Notes: generated by a model from the letters alone, not told the origin. A DNA stretch of 64,000 bases from Chakrabartia sp. (GCA_046074265.1 JBJTNW010000012.1:21594-85593); one strand, 5' to 3'; counted from the stretch's first letter, positions 38,268 through 48,292 are shown. A program made the numbers and translations.

Positions 38268-40070
38268 ATGTCCACTTATGAAGCCCGCCTTGCCGCTTTG
38301 CGCGATCAGTTGAAGGCGGATCGTCTTGATGGCTTTGTCGTCCCGATCTGCGATGAGCATATGTCGGAATATGTGGGGGCCTATGCCCAGCGGCTGGCTT
38401 GGTTGACGGGCTTTGGCGGCTCTGCCGGGGCGGCTGTTGTGCTGCCGCAGGAGGCGGCGATCTTTGTTGACGGGCGTTACACCATTCAGGTGCGCGAGCA
38501 GGTAGATGGCCGGCTTTGGTCCTATCAATCCACGCTGGAGACAAGCATCTCTCAATGGCTGGGCGTGCACGCGCCCCAAGGCGGCCGAATCGGCTATGAC
38601 CCCTGGCTTCACACCAAGGCTTGGGTGGAAGCGGCGACCAAGGCGCTGGCCTCTAAGGGGGCAGAATTGGTCGCGGTTGATCACAATCCGGTGGATCAGG
38701 TCTGGGCCGATCAGCCGGCACCTTCGCCGGCCAAGCTGCGCGTGCTGGAAGACCAGTATACGGGTCAAAGCTCTGCCGATAAGCGCCAGCAGGTGGCGGA
38801 CTGGCTGGTGCAGGAAAAGCTGGACGCGGCGATTATCAGCGCGCTCGATTCGGTGGCCTGGGTGTTCAATATTCGCGGCAATGATGTGGAGCGGACGCCC
38901 GTCGCGCTATCCTTTGCTGTGTTGAACAAGGACGGGACGGCCGATCTTTATGTCGATCCCGCCAAGGTTGATGATGCCATTGTCCAGCATCTGGGCAATG
39001 CGGTGCGCCTCCATGACCGGGCGGCCTTTACGCCTGCGCTGGCGGCGCTTTCGGGCAAGCGCGTTGCCGTTGACCCAGAGCGGGCTGTCGCGGCGATCTT
39101 TGCGCGATTGGCGCAGGGCGGGGCAGAGATTGTTGAGCGGCGCGACCCGACGGTTCTGCCCAAGGCGATTAAGAATCCGGTAGAGCAGGCTGGCCACCGT
39201 GCCGCGCAGAAGCGCGATGGTGCGGCGCTGACGCGCTTCCTTCACTGGATGACGACCCAAGCGCCCAAAGGCGGGCAGACCGAATTGTCGGCCGCGGCCA
39301 AGCTGGAAGAACTCCGGCAGGCAACGGGCAAGCTGGTTGACCTGTCGTTCGATACGATTTCGGGCGCGGGGCCAAATGCGGCGATCTGCCATTATAAGGT
39401 GGATGAGGCGAGCAATCGCGCGGTGGAACCGAACAGCATCTATCTGGTCGATTCGGGCGGGCAGTATCTTGATGGGACAACCGACGTCACGCGCACCATT
39501 TGGATCGGCCCGGGCGACCCCACAGCCGAAATGAAGGACCGGTTCACCCGCGTGCTCAAGGGCCATATCGCCCTCGCGCGCGCGGTCTTTCCGGCGGGGA
39601 CGCGCGGCAGCCAGCTTGATACGCTGGCGCGCATGTATCTGTGGGAGGCCGGGCTCGATTATGCGCATGGCACCGGCCATGGCGTGGGCGCCTTTCTTTC
39701 GGTGCACGAAGGCCCGCAGCGGATTGGCAAAGGTGCCGGTGGTCAGGCGGGGACGGACGAGGTGCTGCAAGCCGGCATGATCCTTTCCAACGAACCCGGC
39801 TATTACAAGACCGACGCCTATGGCATCCGCACGGAAAATCTTGTGCTGGTGGAAGCGCGCGACATTGCCGGGGCAGAAGGCGCCTATCTGGGCTTTGAAA
39901 CGCTGACCTTTGCGCCGATTGACCGGACGTTGGTGGATACTAGCCTGTTGACCCGCGAAGAGCTGCGCTGGTGGGACGAGTATCACGCCAAGGTGCGCGA
40001 CATTATTGGCCCGCAATTGGATGGCGCGGCGCGCGACTGGCTGGATCAGGCCTGCCGATCGCTGGGCTGA
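38268..40070 (+). CDS. Xaa-Pro aminopeptidase (aminopeptidase P, M24B)
   Basis: DEHMSEY, WLTGFGGSAG, LVDSGGQY.DGTTDVTRT, HGTGHGVG, VHEGP, SNEPGYY, GIRTEN. Confidence 0.93.
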   Translation: MSTYEARLAALRDQLKADRLDGFVVPICDEHMSEYVGAYAQRLAWLTGFGGSAGAAVVLPQEAAIFVDGRYTIQVREQVDGRLWSYQSTLETSISQWLGVHAPQGGRIGYDPWLHTKAWVEAATKALASKGAELVAVDHNPVDQVWADQPAPSPAKLRVLEDQYTGQSSADKRQQVADWLVQEKLDAAIISALDSVAWVFNIRGNDVERTPVALSFAVLNKDGTADLYVDPAKVDDAIVQHLGNAVRLHDRAAFTPALAALSGKRVAVDPERAVAAIFARLAQGGAEIVERRDPTVLPKAIKNPVEQAGHRAAQKRDGAALTRFLHWMTTQAPKGGQTELSAAAKLEELRQATGKLVDLSFDTISGAGPNAAICHYKVDEASNRAVEPNSIYLVDSGGQYLDGTTDVTRTIWIGPGDPTAEMKDRFTRVLKGHIALARAVFPAGTRGSQLDTLARMYLWEAGLDYAHGTGHGVGAFLSVHEGPQRIGKGAGGQAGTDEVLQAGMILSNEPGYYKTDAYGIRTENLVLVEARDIAGAEGAYLGFETLTFAPIDRTLVDTSLLTREELRWWDEYHAKVRDIIGPQLDGAARDWLDQACRSLG

Positions 40071-40192
40071 GGGCAATCCTTGCCCGCTGTTCCGTCGGCC
40101 GCCGGGCGCTCTTTGGGGGCCTTGCGCTTCTTCAGATTGGCGCGCAGCGCTTCGGCAAGGCGGCGGGCACGTTCGGGATCATTCTTGCTCAT
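40046..40192 (-). CDS. Small basic conserved hypothetical protein
   Basis: 48-aa ORF with ERARRLAEALRANLKKRK, resembling small alphaproteobacterial proteins found near tRNA-Thr; divergent from the tRNA. Confidence 0.55.
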   Translation of the reverse strand: MSKNDPERARRLAEALRANLKKRKAPKERPAADGTAGKDCPQPSDRQA

Positions 40193-40297
40193 TTCACGCC
40201 CATTTGGCGTGATGCGCTTGACCCGTCCATAGCTTTTGTCCATAGGCGCGCGTCATCGCGGTTTTCCGGCGTGCCGGGACGCCTGCTTAATGGTCGC

Positions 40298-40372
<75 letters not shown>

Positions 40373-40424
40373 TTGCCCTTCGATCTGGTTGACCCGCCCG
40401 TAACTCGGGGCCAAGACGCTCTCC

Positions 40425-41426
40425 ATGCGCTTCTTTTCTGATAATGCCGCCAGCGTGCACCCGGCTGTTATGGCCGCGCTTGTCGAGGCCAATCATGTCG
40501 ATACTGCTTATGATGGCGATGCCCTGAGCCGGTCGCTTGACGGGCTGATGTCGGACCTGTTTGAAACTGAGGCGACGGCGATCTGGGTCTCTACCGGAAC
40601 CGCAGCCAATGCGCTGGCGTTGGCAAGCCTGTGCCCGCCTTATGGCAGTGTCCTGTGCCATCAGGATGCCCATATCCAGAATGATGAATGCGGCGCGCCG
40701 GAATTCTTCACCCATGGCGCCAAGCTGGCGTTGATCGACGGGGCCGGTGCGAAAATAACCGCCGAGGCGCTGGCGGCCAAGTTGGCGGCCACGCCGGGCG
40801 GTGTCCACTGGGCGCAGCCCCACGCCTTATCCATCACCAATGCGACCGAATATGGCCGGGTCTATGCGCCACATGAAGTGGCCGCCTTGGGAGAAGTCGC
40901 CAAGGCGCACGGCCTAGGCTTCCATATGGACGGCGCGCGTTTTGCCAATGCGGTGGCGACGCTGGGCTGTACGCCCGCGGCGGTTACCTGGCAGGCGGGC
41001 GTGGACGTGCTGTCATTTGGCTTTGCCAAAAACGGCGGCATGTCGGCAGAATGCCTGGTCTATTTTGATAAGGCCAAAGCTGCTGGGGTTATAGAGCGGC
41101 GCAAGCGGGCTGGGCATCTTCTGTCCAAGGGGCGCTATCTGGCGGCGCAGATTATCGCCCTGATTAAGGAGGATGTGTGGCTGGCCAATGCACGGGCCGC
41201 CAATGCCGGGGCGCAACAACTGGCTTTGGCCTGCGGTAACCGGCTGATCCATCCCGTGGAAGCCAACGAAGTATTCGCCCGGATGACGCCGGATGAGGCC
41301 GCCCGGCTGCGCGCGCAGGGCTTTGACTTTTACGATTGGGCGCAGGGCGAAGTCCGCTTTGTCGTCAGCTGGGACCAGCCCGATGCTGAGATTGCGGCCT
41401 TCGCGGCGGCGATTGCCGCTTTATGA
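40425..41426 (+). CDS. Low-specificity L-threonine aldolase family (PLP-dependent)
   Basis: FFSDN, YDGD, TGTAAN, HIQNDECGAPEF, HMDGARFANA, SFG..KNG (PLP Lys). Confidence 0.88.
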   Translation: MRFFSDNAASVHPAVMAALVEANHVDTAYDGDALSRSLDGLMSDLFETEATAIWVSTGTAANALALASLCPPYGSVLCHQDAHIQNDECGAPEFFTHGAKLALIDGAGAKITAEALAAKLAATPGGVHWAQPHALSITNATEYGRVYAPHEVAALGEVAKAHGLGFHMDGARFANAVATLGCTPAAVTWQAGVDVLSFGFAKNGGMSAECLVYFDKAKAAGVIERRKRAGHLLSKGRYLAAQIIALIKEDVWLANARAANAGAQQLALACGNRLIHPVEANEVFARMTPDEAARLRAQGFDFYDWAQGEVRFVVSWDQPDAEIAAFAAAIAAL

Positions 41427-42352
41427 CATCGGCGCCGCCCTCTTTCTTTCACCCCCGGGTGCTCATTCCCTTTCTTGTGGTCACGCTGATCTGGGGATCG
41501 ACCTGGTTTGTCATCCGTAGCCAGATTGCCGATGTGCCGGCCAGTTGGTCCGTGACATATCGCTTCCTGATTGCCGGGCTGGTGATGCTGGCGACGGCGG
41601 CGTTTAACGGGCAGCGCGTGCGCTTTACATGGCCCGAGCTTGGCTTTGCCGCGGTGATCGGCGTGCTGCAGTTCGCCTTTAATTTCAACCTTGTCTACGC
41701 GGCGGAACACCGTGTGACATCTGGGCTGGTGGCCGTGGTATTTGCTCTGCTGGTCATTCCCAATGCCGTGTTGGCGCGGGTCTTCCTGGGTGCGCGGTTC
41801 AGCGGGCGCTTTCTGTTCGGCTCGCTGCTCGCGATGGCTGGGGTGGGCTTGCTTTTTCTGCACGAAGTTCAGGCCGACCCGTCGTCAACCGCCCAGACAT
41901 TGCTTGGCGTTGGCCTGACGATCGGCGGGGTCATGGCGGCTTCCATTTCCAACGTCATGCAGGCCTCGGCGCGGGCGCGGACCTTTCCGGTGATGAGCCT
42001 TTTGGGCTGGGCCATGCTGGCTGGGACACTGGTCAACGCCGCCTGGTCCTGGTGGACGGCCGGCCCGCCCGTTTTTGGCCACGGCCTTGGTTATGCTTTG
42101 GGCCTTGGCTATTTGTCGATCGCCGCGAGTGCCTTGACCTTTACGCTTTATTTTGGGCTGATCCGCGATATCGGGCCAGCCAAAGCCGGATTTTCGAGCG
42201 TGCTGATCCCAATTATCGCCATGGCGATTTCCACCTTTTTCGAAGGCTATCGCTGGGCCCCGCTGACCATTTTTGGCGGGGTGGTGGTGCTGGTCGGCAT
42301 GGTCGTTGCCCTTGCCCCGTCATCGTCCGGCGTGGCACGCCGCGAGGCCTGA
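41423..42352 (+). CDS. EamA/DMT family transporter
   Basis: IWGSTW, two EamA repeats with about 10 TM helices; ATGA overlap. Confidence 0.88.
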   Translation: MTSAPPSFFHPRVLIPFLVVTLIWGSTWFVIRSQIADVPASWSVTYRFLIAGLVMLATAAFNGQRVRFTWPELGFAAVIGVLQFAFNFNLVYAAEHRVTSGLVAVVFALLVIPNAVLARVFLGARFSGRFLFGSLLAMAGVGLLFLHEVQADPSSTAQTLLGVGLTIGGVMAASISNVMQASARARTFPVMSLLGWAMLAGTLVNAAWSWWTAGPPVFGHGLGYALGLGYLSIAASALTFTLYFGLIRDIGPAKAGFSSVLIPIIAMAISTFFEGYRWAPLTIFGGVVVLVGMVVALAPSSSGVARREA

Positions 42353-43105
42353 GACATAATCGGGGTAGAGCGGCGCCCAACCGAGTACGCGCTTGGCCTT
42401 GCCATTGGCGACGCGGCGGTTTTCGGCATAAAAGGCGCGCGCCATAGGCGATAAATTGGCCTCGTCCATTGTCTGCAAGGGCGGAGTGGGTAGGCCCAGC
42501 ATTGCACAGGCATAGGCGATCACGTCATTTTGCGGGCCGGGATGGTCATCTGCCAGATTATAGGCGCCGGGCGGTGCCTCAAAACCCCGCATCACCCCCG
42601 AAGCAATATCGGCAACATGAATGCGGCTGAACACCTGATCGGGCAGCGCAATCCGATGCGCCCGGCCTTCGGCCACCCGATCGAGCGCCGAGCGCCCGGG
42701 ACCATAGATTCCTGGCAGGCGGTAGACGCGCGCACCAAGCGCCAGCCAGTGCTGATCGGCATCGTTGCGGTTGGCCCGGCGGCCCTTAATGGGCGCCGTT
42801 TCATCCACCCAGGCGCCGCCCGCATCGCCATAGACCCCGGTGGACGACAAATAGGCCAGCACAAGCTCTGGCCGCTGTTGCAACACATCACCATATTCGG
42901 TGAGGACCGGATCCCCATCGGCCATAGGGGGCACAGACGACAGCACATGGCTTGAACTGGCCAGCGCAAGGCGGACCGAGGCGTGATCGTCAAAGCGCAG
43001 CGTGCCGGCAGACCCGGTTGAGACAACGTCAAAGCCCGCATGCAGCGCCGCGCGCGCGATATAGCTGGCCGCATAGCCAAGCCCGAAGATGAAGAGCCGC
43101 TTCAT
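42320..43105 (-). CDS. NAD(P)-dependent epimerase/dehydratase (atypical SDR)
   Basis: FIFGLGY Rossmann motif, YLSSTGVYGD..G.WVDE, RLPGIYGPGRS, FSRIHV.DIA. Confidence 0.85.
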   Translation of the reverse strand: MKRLFIFGLGYAASYIARAALHAGFDVVSTGSAGTLRFDDHASVRLALASSSHVLSSVPPMADGDPVLTEYGDVLQQRPELVLAYLSSTGVYGDAGGAWVDETAPIKGRRANRNDADQHWLALGARVYRLPGIYGPGRSALDRVAEGRAHRIALPDQVFSRIHVADIASGVMRGFEAPPGAYNLADDHPGPQNDVIAYACAMLGLPTPPLQTMDEANLSPMARAFYAENRRVANGKAKRVLGWAPLYPDYVSGLAACHAGR

Positions 43106-43161
43106 CCTGTGGCGATGGCCGGATTGGGCGTCCCAATCAAGTCCCCCCAAAGGCGCAGGTG

Positions 43162-43551
43162 CTAGGCAGCGATCCGCGCCCAATTGTCAGACAGATCGCC
43201 AAATGCCTGTTGCAGCGCCGCCACCCGATCCGCATCTTGCGACAGGCGTAGCCGGGCGATTTCGGCGAGGGCGCTGTGATAGATTTGGGCAAGACTTTGG
43301 GCGAGCGGTCCTCCCTGATCCAGATCAAGCCCGGCAAGCAGGCTGTGCAAAATACTCGTCGCCCGGCCAAAATGCGCATTCGCCCGAACCCGGTCGGCAG
43401 ATCGCAGCGCATGGCGCAGCAGATCAAAGGCCAGCAGCAATTCTTCATAAAGGATCGCCACCAGTTCATGCCGCGACGCGGCTTCGATCCGGGCAGCATA
43501 GGCCAGCTGAGCATAATGCGCCCGGGCCTCGCTGGGGTGGGCTATCTTCAT
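43162..43551 (-). CDS. fliS: Flagellin export chaperone FliS
   Basis: Y......IEAAS.HELVAILYE...L..GLDLDQGG.LA..L..IY pattern; ATG 43551 overlaps the fliD stop (ATGA). Confidence 0.85.
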   Translation of the reverse strand: MKIAHPSEARAHYAQLAYAARIEAASRHELVAILYEELLLAFDLLRHALRSADRVRANAHFGRATSILHSLLAGLDLDQGGPLAQSLAQIYHSALAEIARLRLSQDADRVAALQQAFGDLSDNWARIAA

Positions 43552-44050
43552 TTGTTCCATTGGGCGATCTGCTGTTCAAGATAGGATTGGGTGGCCTTGA
43601 GCGCGGCCACCCGCGTGTCCATCCCGCTGAAGGTCCGGGTCAGCCGATCCTTATAGGCGGTCGCATCGCTTTCAACCTTGGTGCGCTGCACGCCAAGGGC
43701 ATCCAGCGTCTTTTGAAGCCGGGCCTTGAGGATATCGACCGGGCCATTGGCTGAAAGCAGCGAGGTCCGGAGCGCCTGAACAGCGCCGCTAATGCCGGGA
43801 TCGGTTGTGTCCGAGTGCGTAGCATCGCGCAGGGGCGAAAAAAGCGCGGCGACCGCATCGGGCGCCGCCTTCAATGCCGTGTCCAGCCGCTTGCTATCCA
43901 ATGTGACCGACCCGTCGCGATTGGTCTGAACGCCAATGTCCGCCAAGGTCCGCGGCCCTTGGGTGGTGCTGACAAGCGGCTGCGACAACAGGCGCGCAAG
44001 CCGGCGCTCCAGCTCAAACACGACGCGCGCGCCCGTGCTCGACCGGGCCG
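43548..44050 (-). pseudogene. fliD: Flagellar cap protein FliD, C-terminal fragment only (about 160 aa)
   Basis: TLADIGVQTNRDGSVTLD..RL and YKDRL...FSGMD..VA.LK.TQSYLEQQIAQW (FliD_C); N-terminal two-thirds absent; 5' boundary approximate. Confidence 0.8.
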
Positions 44051-44259
44051 AGCCCCGCAGCTTTGGCCTGTTGGGCGTTGACGGCCTGCAAGGCGTCCAC
44101 CATCGTGGCGCCGAAGCTGTCGGCCTTGGGCTCGGTCGCGGCGGCGGGGACCAATGGCTCGGCAGCGGGGCGTGCGCCTGTGGCGCGCTGAAGCGCGGCA
44201 TTCTGGTTCAGAATGCTCGACCGCATCTGCATCAATCGGCCGGTATCAATGCTCGTCAT
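44014..44259 (-). pseudogene. fliE: FliE N-terminal fragment, truncated before the conserved C-terminal helices
   Basis: ...SFGATMVDALQAVNAQQAKAAGL then unrelated GPVEHGRARRV-stop instead of the expected ..YERG...D...VM...Q.A...F....QVRNK tail. Confidence 0.75.
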
Positions 44260-44310
44260 TCGTTACGCCACGCCTCACTAGCCCGGGCAGAACGCGCCCG
44301 TGTTCCTCAA

Positions 44311-44326
44311 AGCAAAGCCTGTGCCA
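44311..44326 (-). promoter_or_regulatory. Sigma-54 promoter of the fliE operon
   Basis: Minus strand TGGCACAGGCTTTGCT has exact -24 GG / -12 GC spacing. Confidence 0.8.
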
Positions 44327-44392
44327 GTGCTGCTAAGTGACTGATCGTAAATCCCATCCATCGCTTGATGTCGAAAAGCTGACAGGCCCGGC

Positions 44393-44420
44393 TAAACGCC
44401 TGTCGCCCTGCCGCCGTTAA
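44393..44420 (+). promoter_or_regulatory. Putative sigma-28 (FliA) promoter of fliC
   Basis: TAAA-N16-GCCGTTAA versus consensus TAAA-N15-GCCGATAA; spacer one base long. Confidence 0.5.
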
Positions 44421-44471
44421 GGGCCTCGTGACTGCTCGATGCCCCGGGCGTTGCCGTTGGAAAGGAAGAAC

Positions 44472-45299
44472 ATGACTGTCATCAACACGAACGTCAGCGC
44501 CCTGCGGGCGCACAATGTCAGCCGCCAAGCCACTGCTGCGCTCGATACCTCCATGCAGCGCCTGTCGAGCGGCAAGCGCATCAATTCGGCGCGCGACGAT
44601 GCGGCCGGCCTCGCCATCACGACCCGTATGGATGCAAAGATCCGTGGCCTGACACAGGCCATCCGCAATTCAAATGACGGCATCTCGCTGGTGCAGACGG
44701 CGGAAGGCGGCATGGCCGAGATTTCGAACGTGCTGGTCCGGATGCGCGAACTGGCCGTGCAATCTTCAAGCGGCACGGCGGCGTCCACCGATCGTACGGC
44801 GCTGCATTCTGAATTTACCGCCCTTATCGCGCAAATTGGCGACATCGCCTCGCGGTCGGACTTTAACGGCATCAAGCCGCTGGATGGATCGACGACGACG
44901 GCGGGCATCGCCATCCAGACTGGCGTCAACACCGGCGAATCGATCAATGTAAAGATCGCCAATCTTCAGGCTGGCACCGGCGGCCTTGCGGTGGCGGCGC
45001 TCGATATTTCGAGCGATACAGGCGCCAGCTCGGCGCTTGCCACGCTCGACACCGCGATCAACACGGTGGCTTCAGAACGGGCGAAGCTGGGTGCGGTGCA
45101 GAACCGTCTCGACTCGACCGTCAACAACCTGACCTCGACCGTCACCAACCTCGCTGAATCCAAGTCGCGGATCGAAGATACTGATTTTTCGCTGGAAACG
45201 ACAAAGCTCGCCTCGGCGCAAATCCTGGCCCAGGCGTCCACCGCGATGCTCGCTCAGGCGAACCAGAGCCAGCAAGGTGTGCTGAACCTGCTTCGCTAA
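44472..45299 (+). CDS. fliC: Flagellin (short, 275 aa)
   Basis: [57 protein letters not shown]....VL.LLR; AAAGGA RBS. Confidence 0.97.
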   Translation: MTVINTNVSALRAHNVSRQATAALDTSMQRLSSGKRINSARDDAAGLAITTRMDAKIRGLTQAIRNSNDGISLVQTAEGGMAEISNVLVRMRELAVQSSSGTAASTDRTALHSEFTALIAQIGDIASRSDFNGIKPLDGSTTTAGIAIQTGVNTGESINVKIANLQAGTGGLAVAALDISSDTGASSALATLDTAINTVASERAKLGAVQNRLDSTVNNLTSTVTNLAESKSRIEDTDFSLETTKLASAQILAQASTAMLAQANQSQQGVLNLLR

Positions 45300-45394
45300 T
45301 CTCTCTGGATAGAGAGATTGGCGCGGCGGCTTCCGCGCTCCCCACCGGGCGGAGGCCGCCACCTCCCTTCGTTCCCAGACCTCCCTGGAGCCTT

Positions 45395-45424
45395 AACCCC
45401 GCGGCCGCGTGCTGCGGGGTTTTT
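45395..45424 (+). terminator. Intrinsic terminator about 100 nt downstream of fliC
   Basis: AACCCCGCGGC-CGCGT-GCTGCGGGGTT followed by further Ts. Confidence 0.7.
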
Positions 45425-45503
45425 CTCTGCCGCAAATATTGCTTTCATGGGGTATTGCCCCTAGGCGCGCTTGCGTATTTTGCGCCAACAGGAACAGCAG
45501 CCC

Positions 45504-46736
45504 ATGACCCAATCTTCCACCGCCGATATCAAGCGGGTTGTCCTTGCCTATTCGGGCGGTCTCGACACCAGCGTCATCCTGAAATGGCTGCAACAGACCT
45601 ATCAGTGCGAAGTCGTGACGTTCACGGCCGATCTGGGGCAGGGCGAAGAGATTGAACCCGCCCGGCAAAAGGCGCGTCAGGCGGGCGTGAAGGAAGAGCA
45701 TATCTTCATCGAAGATCTGCGCGAAGAATTTGTGAAAGACTTCGTCTTCCCGATGATGCGCGCCAATGCGCTGTATGAAGGCCTGTACCTGCTCGGCACC
45801 TCGATCGCGCGGCCGTTGATCGCCAAGCGGCAGATTGAGATCGCCAAGCAAGTGGGCGCCGATGCCGTCAGCCATGGCGCGACCGGCAAGGGCAATGACC
45901 AAGTGCGCTTTGAACTGGGCTATTATGGCCTCAACCCCGACATCAAGGTGATCGCGCCGTGGCGCGAATGGGATCTGACAAGCCGCACGCGTCTGATTGA
46001 ATTTGCCGAACAGCACCAGATTATGATCCCGCGCGACAAGCGGGGCGAAAGCCCGTTTTCGACCGACGCGAACCTGCTTCACACCTCGTCCGAGGGCAAG
46101 GTGCTGGAAGATCCGTGGGAAGAAGTGCCGGACTATGTCTATTCGCGCACCGACCATCCGGAAAACGCGCCCGATACGCCTGAATATATCACGGTGGATT
46201 TTGAGCGCGGCGATGCGGTTGCGATCAATGGTGAAGGCCTGTCGCCCGCGACCCTGCTCGCCAAGCTGAATGATTATGGCAAGCGGCACGGCATTGGCCG
46301 GCTTGATCTGGTGGAGAACCGCTTTGTCGGCATGAAGTCGCGCGGGATGTATGAAACGCCGGGCGGCACGATCCTGCATCTGGCGCATCGTGGCATTGAA
46401 CAGATCACGCTGGATCGCGGGGCCGCACATCTTAAAGACAAGCTGATGCCGGAATATGCCGAGCTGATTTATAACGGCTTCTGGTTCTCGCCCGAGCGCG
46501 AGATGCTTCAGGCTGCGATTGATCATAGCCAGCATCATGTAACGGGCACGGTGCGGCTGAAGCTGTATAAGGGCGGCGTCCATATTGTTGGTCGCAAGTC
46601 GCCCATGTCGCTTTATTCTGAAAAGATTGTGACTTTTGAGGATGATGCTGGCGCCTATGATCAGCGTGACGCACAAGGCTTTATCAAGCTCAATGCGCTG
46701 CGGCTGCGACTTCTTGGGCGGCGCGGCGGCCTTTAA
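45504..46736 (+). CDS. argG: Argininosuccinate synthase
   Basis: [50 protein letters not shown]. Confidence 0.98.
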   Translation: MTQSSTADIKRVVLAYSGGLDTSVILKWLQQTYQCEVVTFTADLGQGEEIEPARQKARQAGVKEEHIFIEDLREEFVKDFVFPMMRANALYEGLYLLGTSIARPLIAKRQIEIAKQVGADAVSHGATGKGNDQVRFELGYYGLNPDIKVIAPWREWDLTSRTRLIEFAEQHQIMIPRDKRGESPFSTDANLLHTSSEGKVLEDPWEEVPDYVYSRTDHPENAPDTPEYITVDFERGDAVAINGEGLSPATLLAKLNDYGKRHGIGRLDLVENRFVGMKSRGMYETPGGTILHLAHRGIEQITLDRGAAHLKDKLMPEYAELIYNGFWFSPEREMLQAAIDHSQHHVTGTVRLKLYKGGVHIVGRKSPMSLYSEKIVTFEDDAGAYDQRDAQGFIKLNALRLRLLGRRGGL

Positions 46737-46753
46737 GACCAAGGATCGCCCGG

Positions 46754-48292
46754 GTGGCTGATCCTCGGCAGAAAGACTGGTGGGGCCATCCCGCGCTTCT
46801 GCTGCTGGTCGTTTTTCTCGCCGGGATGCCGCTTTGGCATCCGCTGGTGCCGCCGCTGATCGATTTGCCGGCCCATATGGGGCGTTATGCGGTCCAGGTC
46901 GATGCCGGTCATTCGCCGTTGCTCGCCCGCTGGTATGCGTTCGACTGGCATTGGATCGGCAATCTGGGTGTTGACCTTCTCGTTCAGGTCTTGGCGCCGG
47001 TCTTCGGCGTAGAAGCGGCGACCAAATGGACGGTGGTTGCCATTCCCATGCTGGGCGCGGCCGGGTTCTTGGCGGTTGCGCGCGAAGTTCATGGGCGGAT
47101 CCCCGCCACCGCCTTTCTGGCGCTGCCGCTGCTCTGGTCCTATCCTTTCCTGTGGGGCTTTGTGAATTTTGCGCTGGCAATGGCGCTGGCCTTTCTTGCC
47201 TTTGCACTCTGGCTTTGGCTTGGACGGCGGGGCTTTTACCGCCTGCGCTTCGTCCTTTTTCTAGGCGTGTCGCTGCTCTTATGGACCGCCCATATCTATG
47301 GCTGGGCGTTGTTGTGCGTTCTGGTCGGCTGTGTCGAGCTGGTTCGCGCGGGCCTGTTTGACCAAGCGGGTGTCCGCGCCATTGGCCGGGCGGTGGCCCA
47401 TAGCCTGTGTTTGCTCCCGCCCCTGGTGCCGATGCTATTAACCTTTTCCGCCGGCGGGGCAGGCGGCCAGCCTTTTGCGCATGGCTGGTTTAACTTTGCG
47501 ATCAAGGCGCGCTGGGTGGAGAGCGTCCTGCGCGACCGTTGGTCGACTTTTGACCAACTCAGCCTGATCCTGCTGCTGCTTGTCCTTTTTGGCGCGCTGG
47601 GGCGCTGGGCGTGGCAGTGGCAGCGCCCTTCCGGCTTGCCGCTGGCGCTTGCGGCCTTGGTTCTGGCGCTTTTCTATTTGCTGTTGCCGCACGCGCTGTT
47701 GGGGTCCGCCTATGCCGATATGCGGCTATTGCCATATATGCTGGCGGTCGCTGTTCTGGCGATCGGACCGATGCTGTCGGGCGCATCGCCTGTCGCGGTG
47801 GCGGCGCTGGCCTTTTACGGGCTGCGGCTGGGCGCAACCACCTATAGCATGGTTCTATATAATGAAAGCTACCGCGCGGAAGTCGGGGCGATCGATCACC
47901 TTCCGGCGGGTGCCCGTGTTGTCGCGCTTGTTGGCAAACCCTGTGCCCCGGAATGGGCGGTGCATCGGCTTGACCATCTGCCAAGCCTTGCGATCATCCG
48001 CCGCCACGCCTTTGTGAATGATCAATGGCAGGCCGCGGGCGCGCAGCTGATTTCGGTGCGTTATCGTGCGACGGCGCCCTTTTTGGCTGACCCGTCGCAA
48101 TTTGTTGTTGAGCCGCGCTGTGAACGTCCTGAACGCCGCGCCTTTGGCCGTGCAATCGCGCTTATCCCGCGGGACGCGGTGGATTATGTCTGGGTGATCC
48201 AGCAGCCGGATGCCCCGGCAGATATGACCGGCCTTGTCCCGGTATGGCGGGCAGGGCGCAGCGCGCTTTATCGGGTTGTCACGACAGGATAG
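46754..48292 (+). CDS. Polytopic membrane protein, putative GT-C-fold glycosyltransferase (paralog of 1699..3201)
   Basis: PPLIDLPAHMGRY...[48 protein letters not shown]; GTG start; converges on the gtrAB-methyltransferase operon. Confidence 0.55.
   Translation: MADPRQKDWWGHPALLLLVVFLAGMPLWHPLVPPLIDLPAHMGRYAVQVDAGHSPLLARWYAFDWHWIGNLGVDLLVQVLAPVFGVEAATKWTVVAIPMLGAAGFLAVAREVHGRIPATAFLALPLLWSYPFLWGFVNFALAMALAFLAFALWLWLGRRGFYRLRFVLFLGVSLLLWTAHIYGWALLCVLVGCVELVRAGLFDQAGVRAIGRAVAHSLCLLPPLVPMLLTFSAGGAGGQPFAHGWFNFAIKARWVESVLRDRWSTFDQLSLILLLLVLFGALGRWAWQWQRPSGLPLALAALVLALFYLLLPHALLGSAYADMRLLPYMLAVAVLAIGPMLSGASPVAVAALAFYGLRLGATTYSMVLYNESYRAEVGAIDHLPAGARVVALVGKPCAPEWAVHRLDHLPSLAIIRRHAFVNDQWQAAGAQLISVRYRATAPFLADPSQFVVEPRCERPERRAFGRAIALIPRDAVDYVWVIQQPDAPADMTGLVPVWRAGRSALYRVVTTG

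Noticed and set aside
45393-47207. 604-aa minus-strand ORF
   Set aside because: Antisense shadow of argG and the GT-C gene; no motifs; expected in GC-rich DNA.
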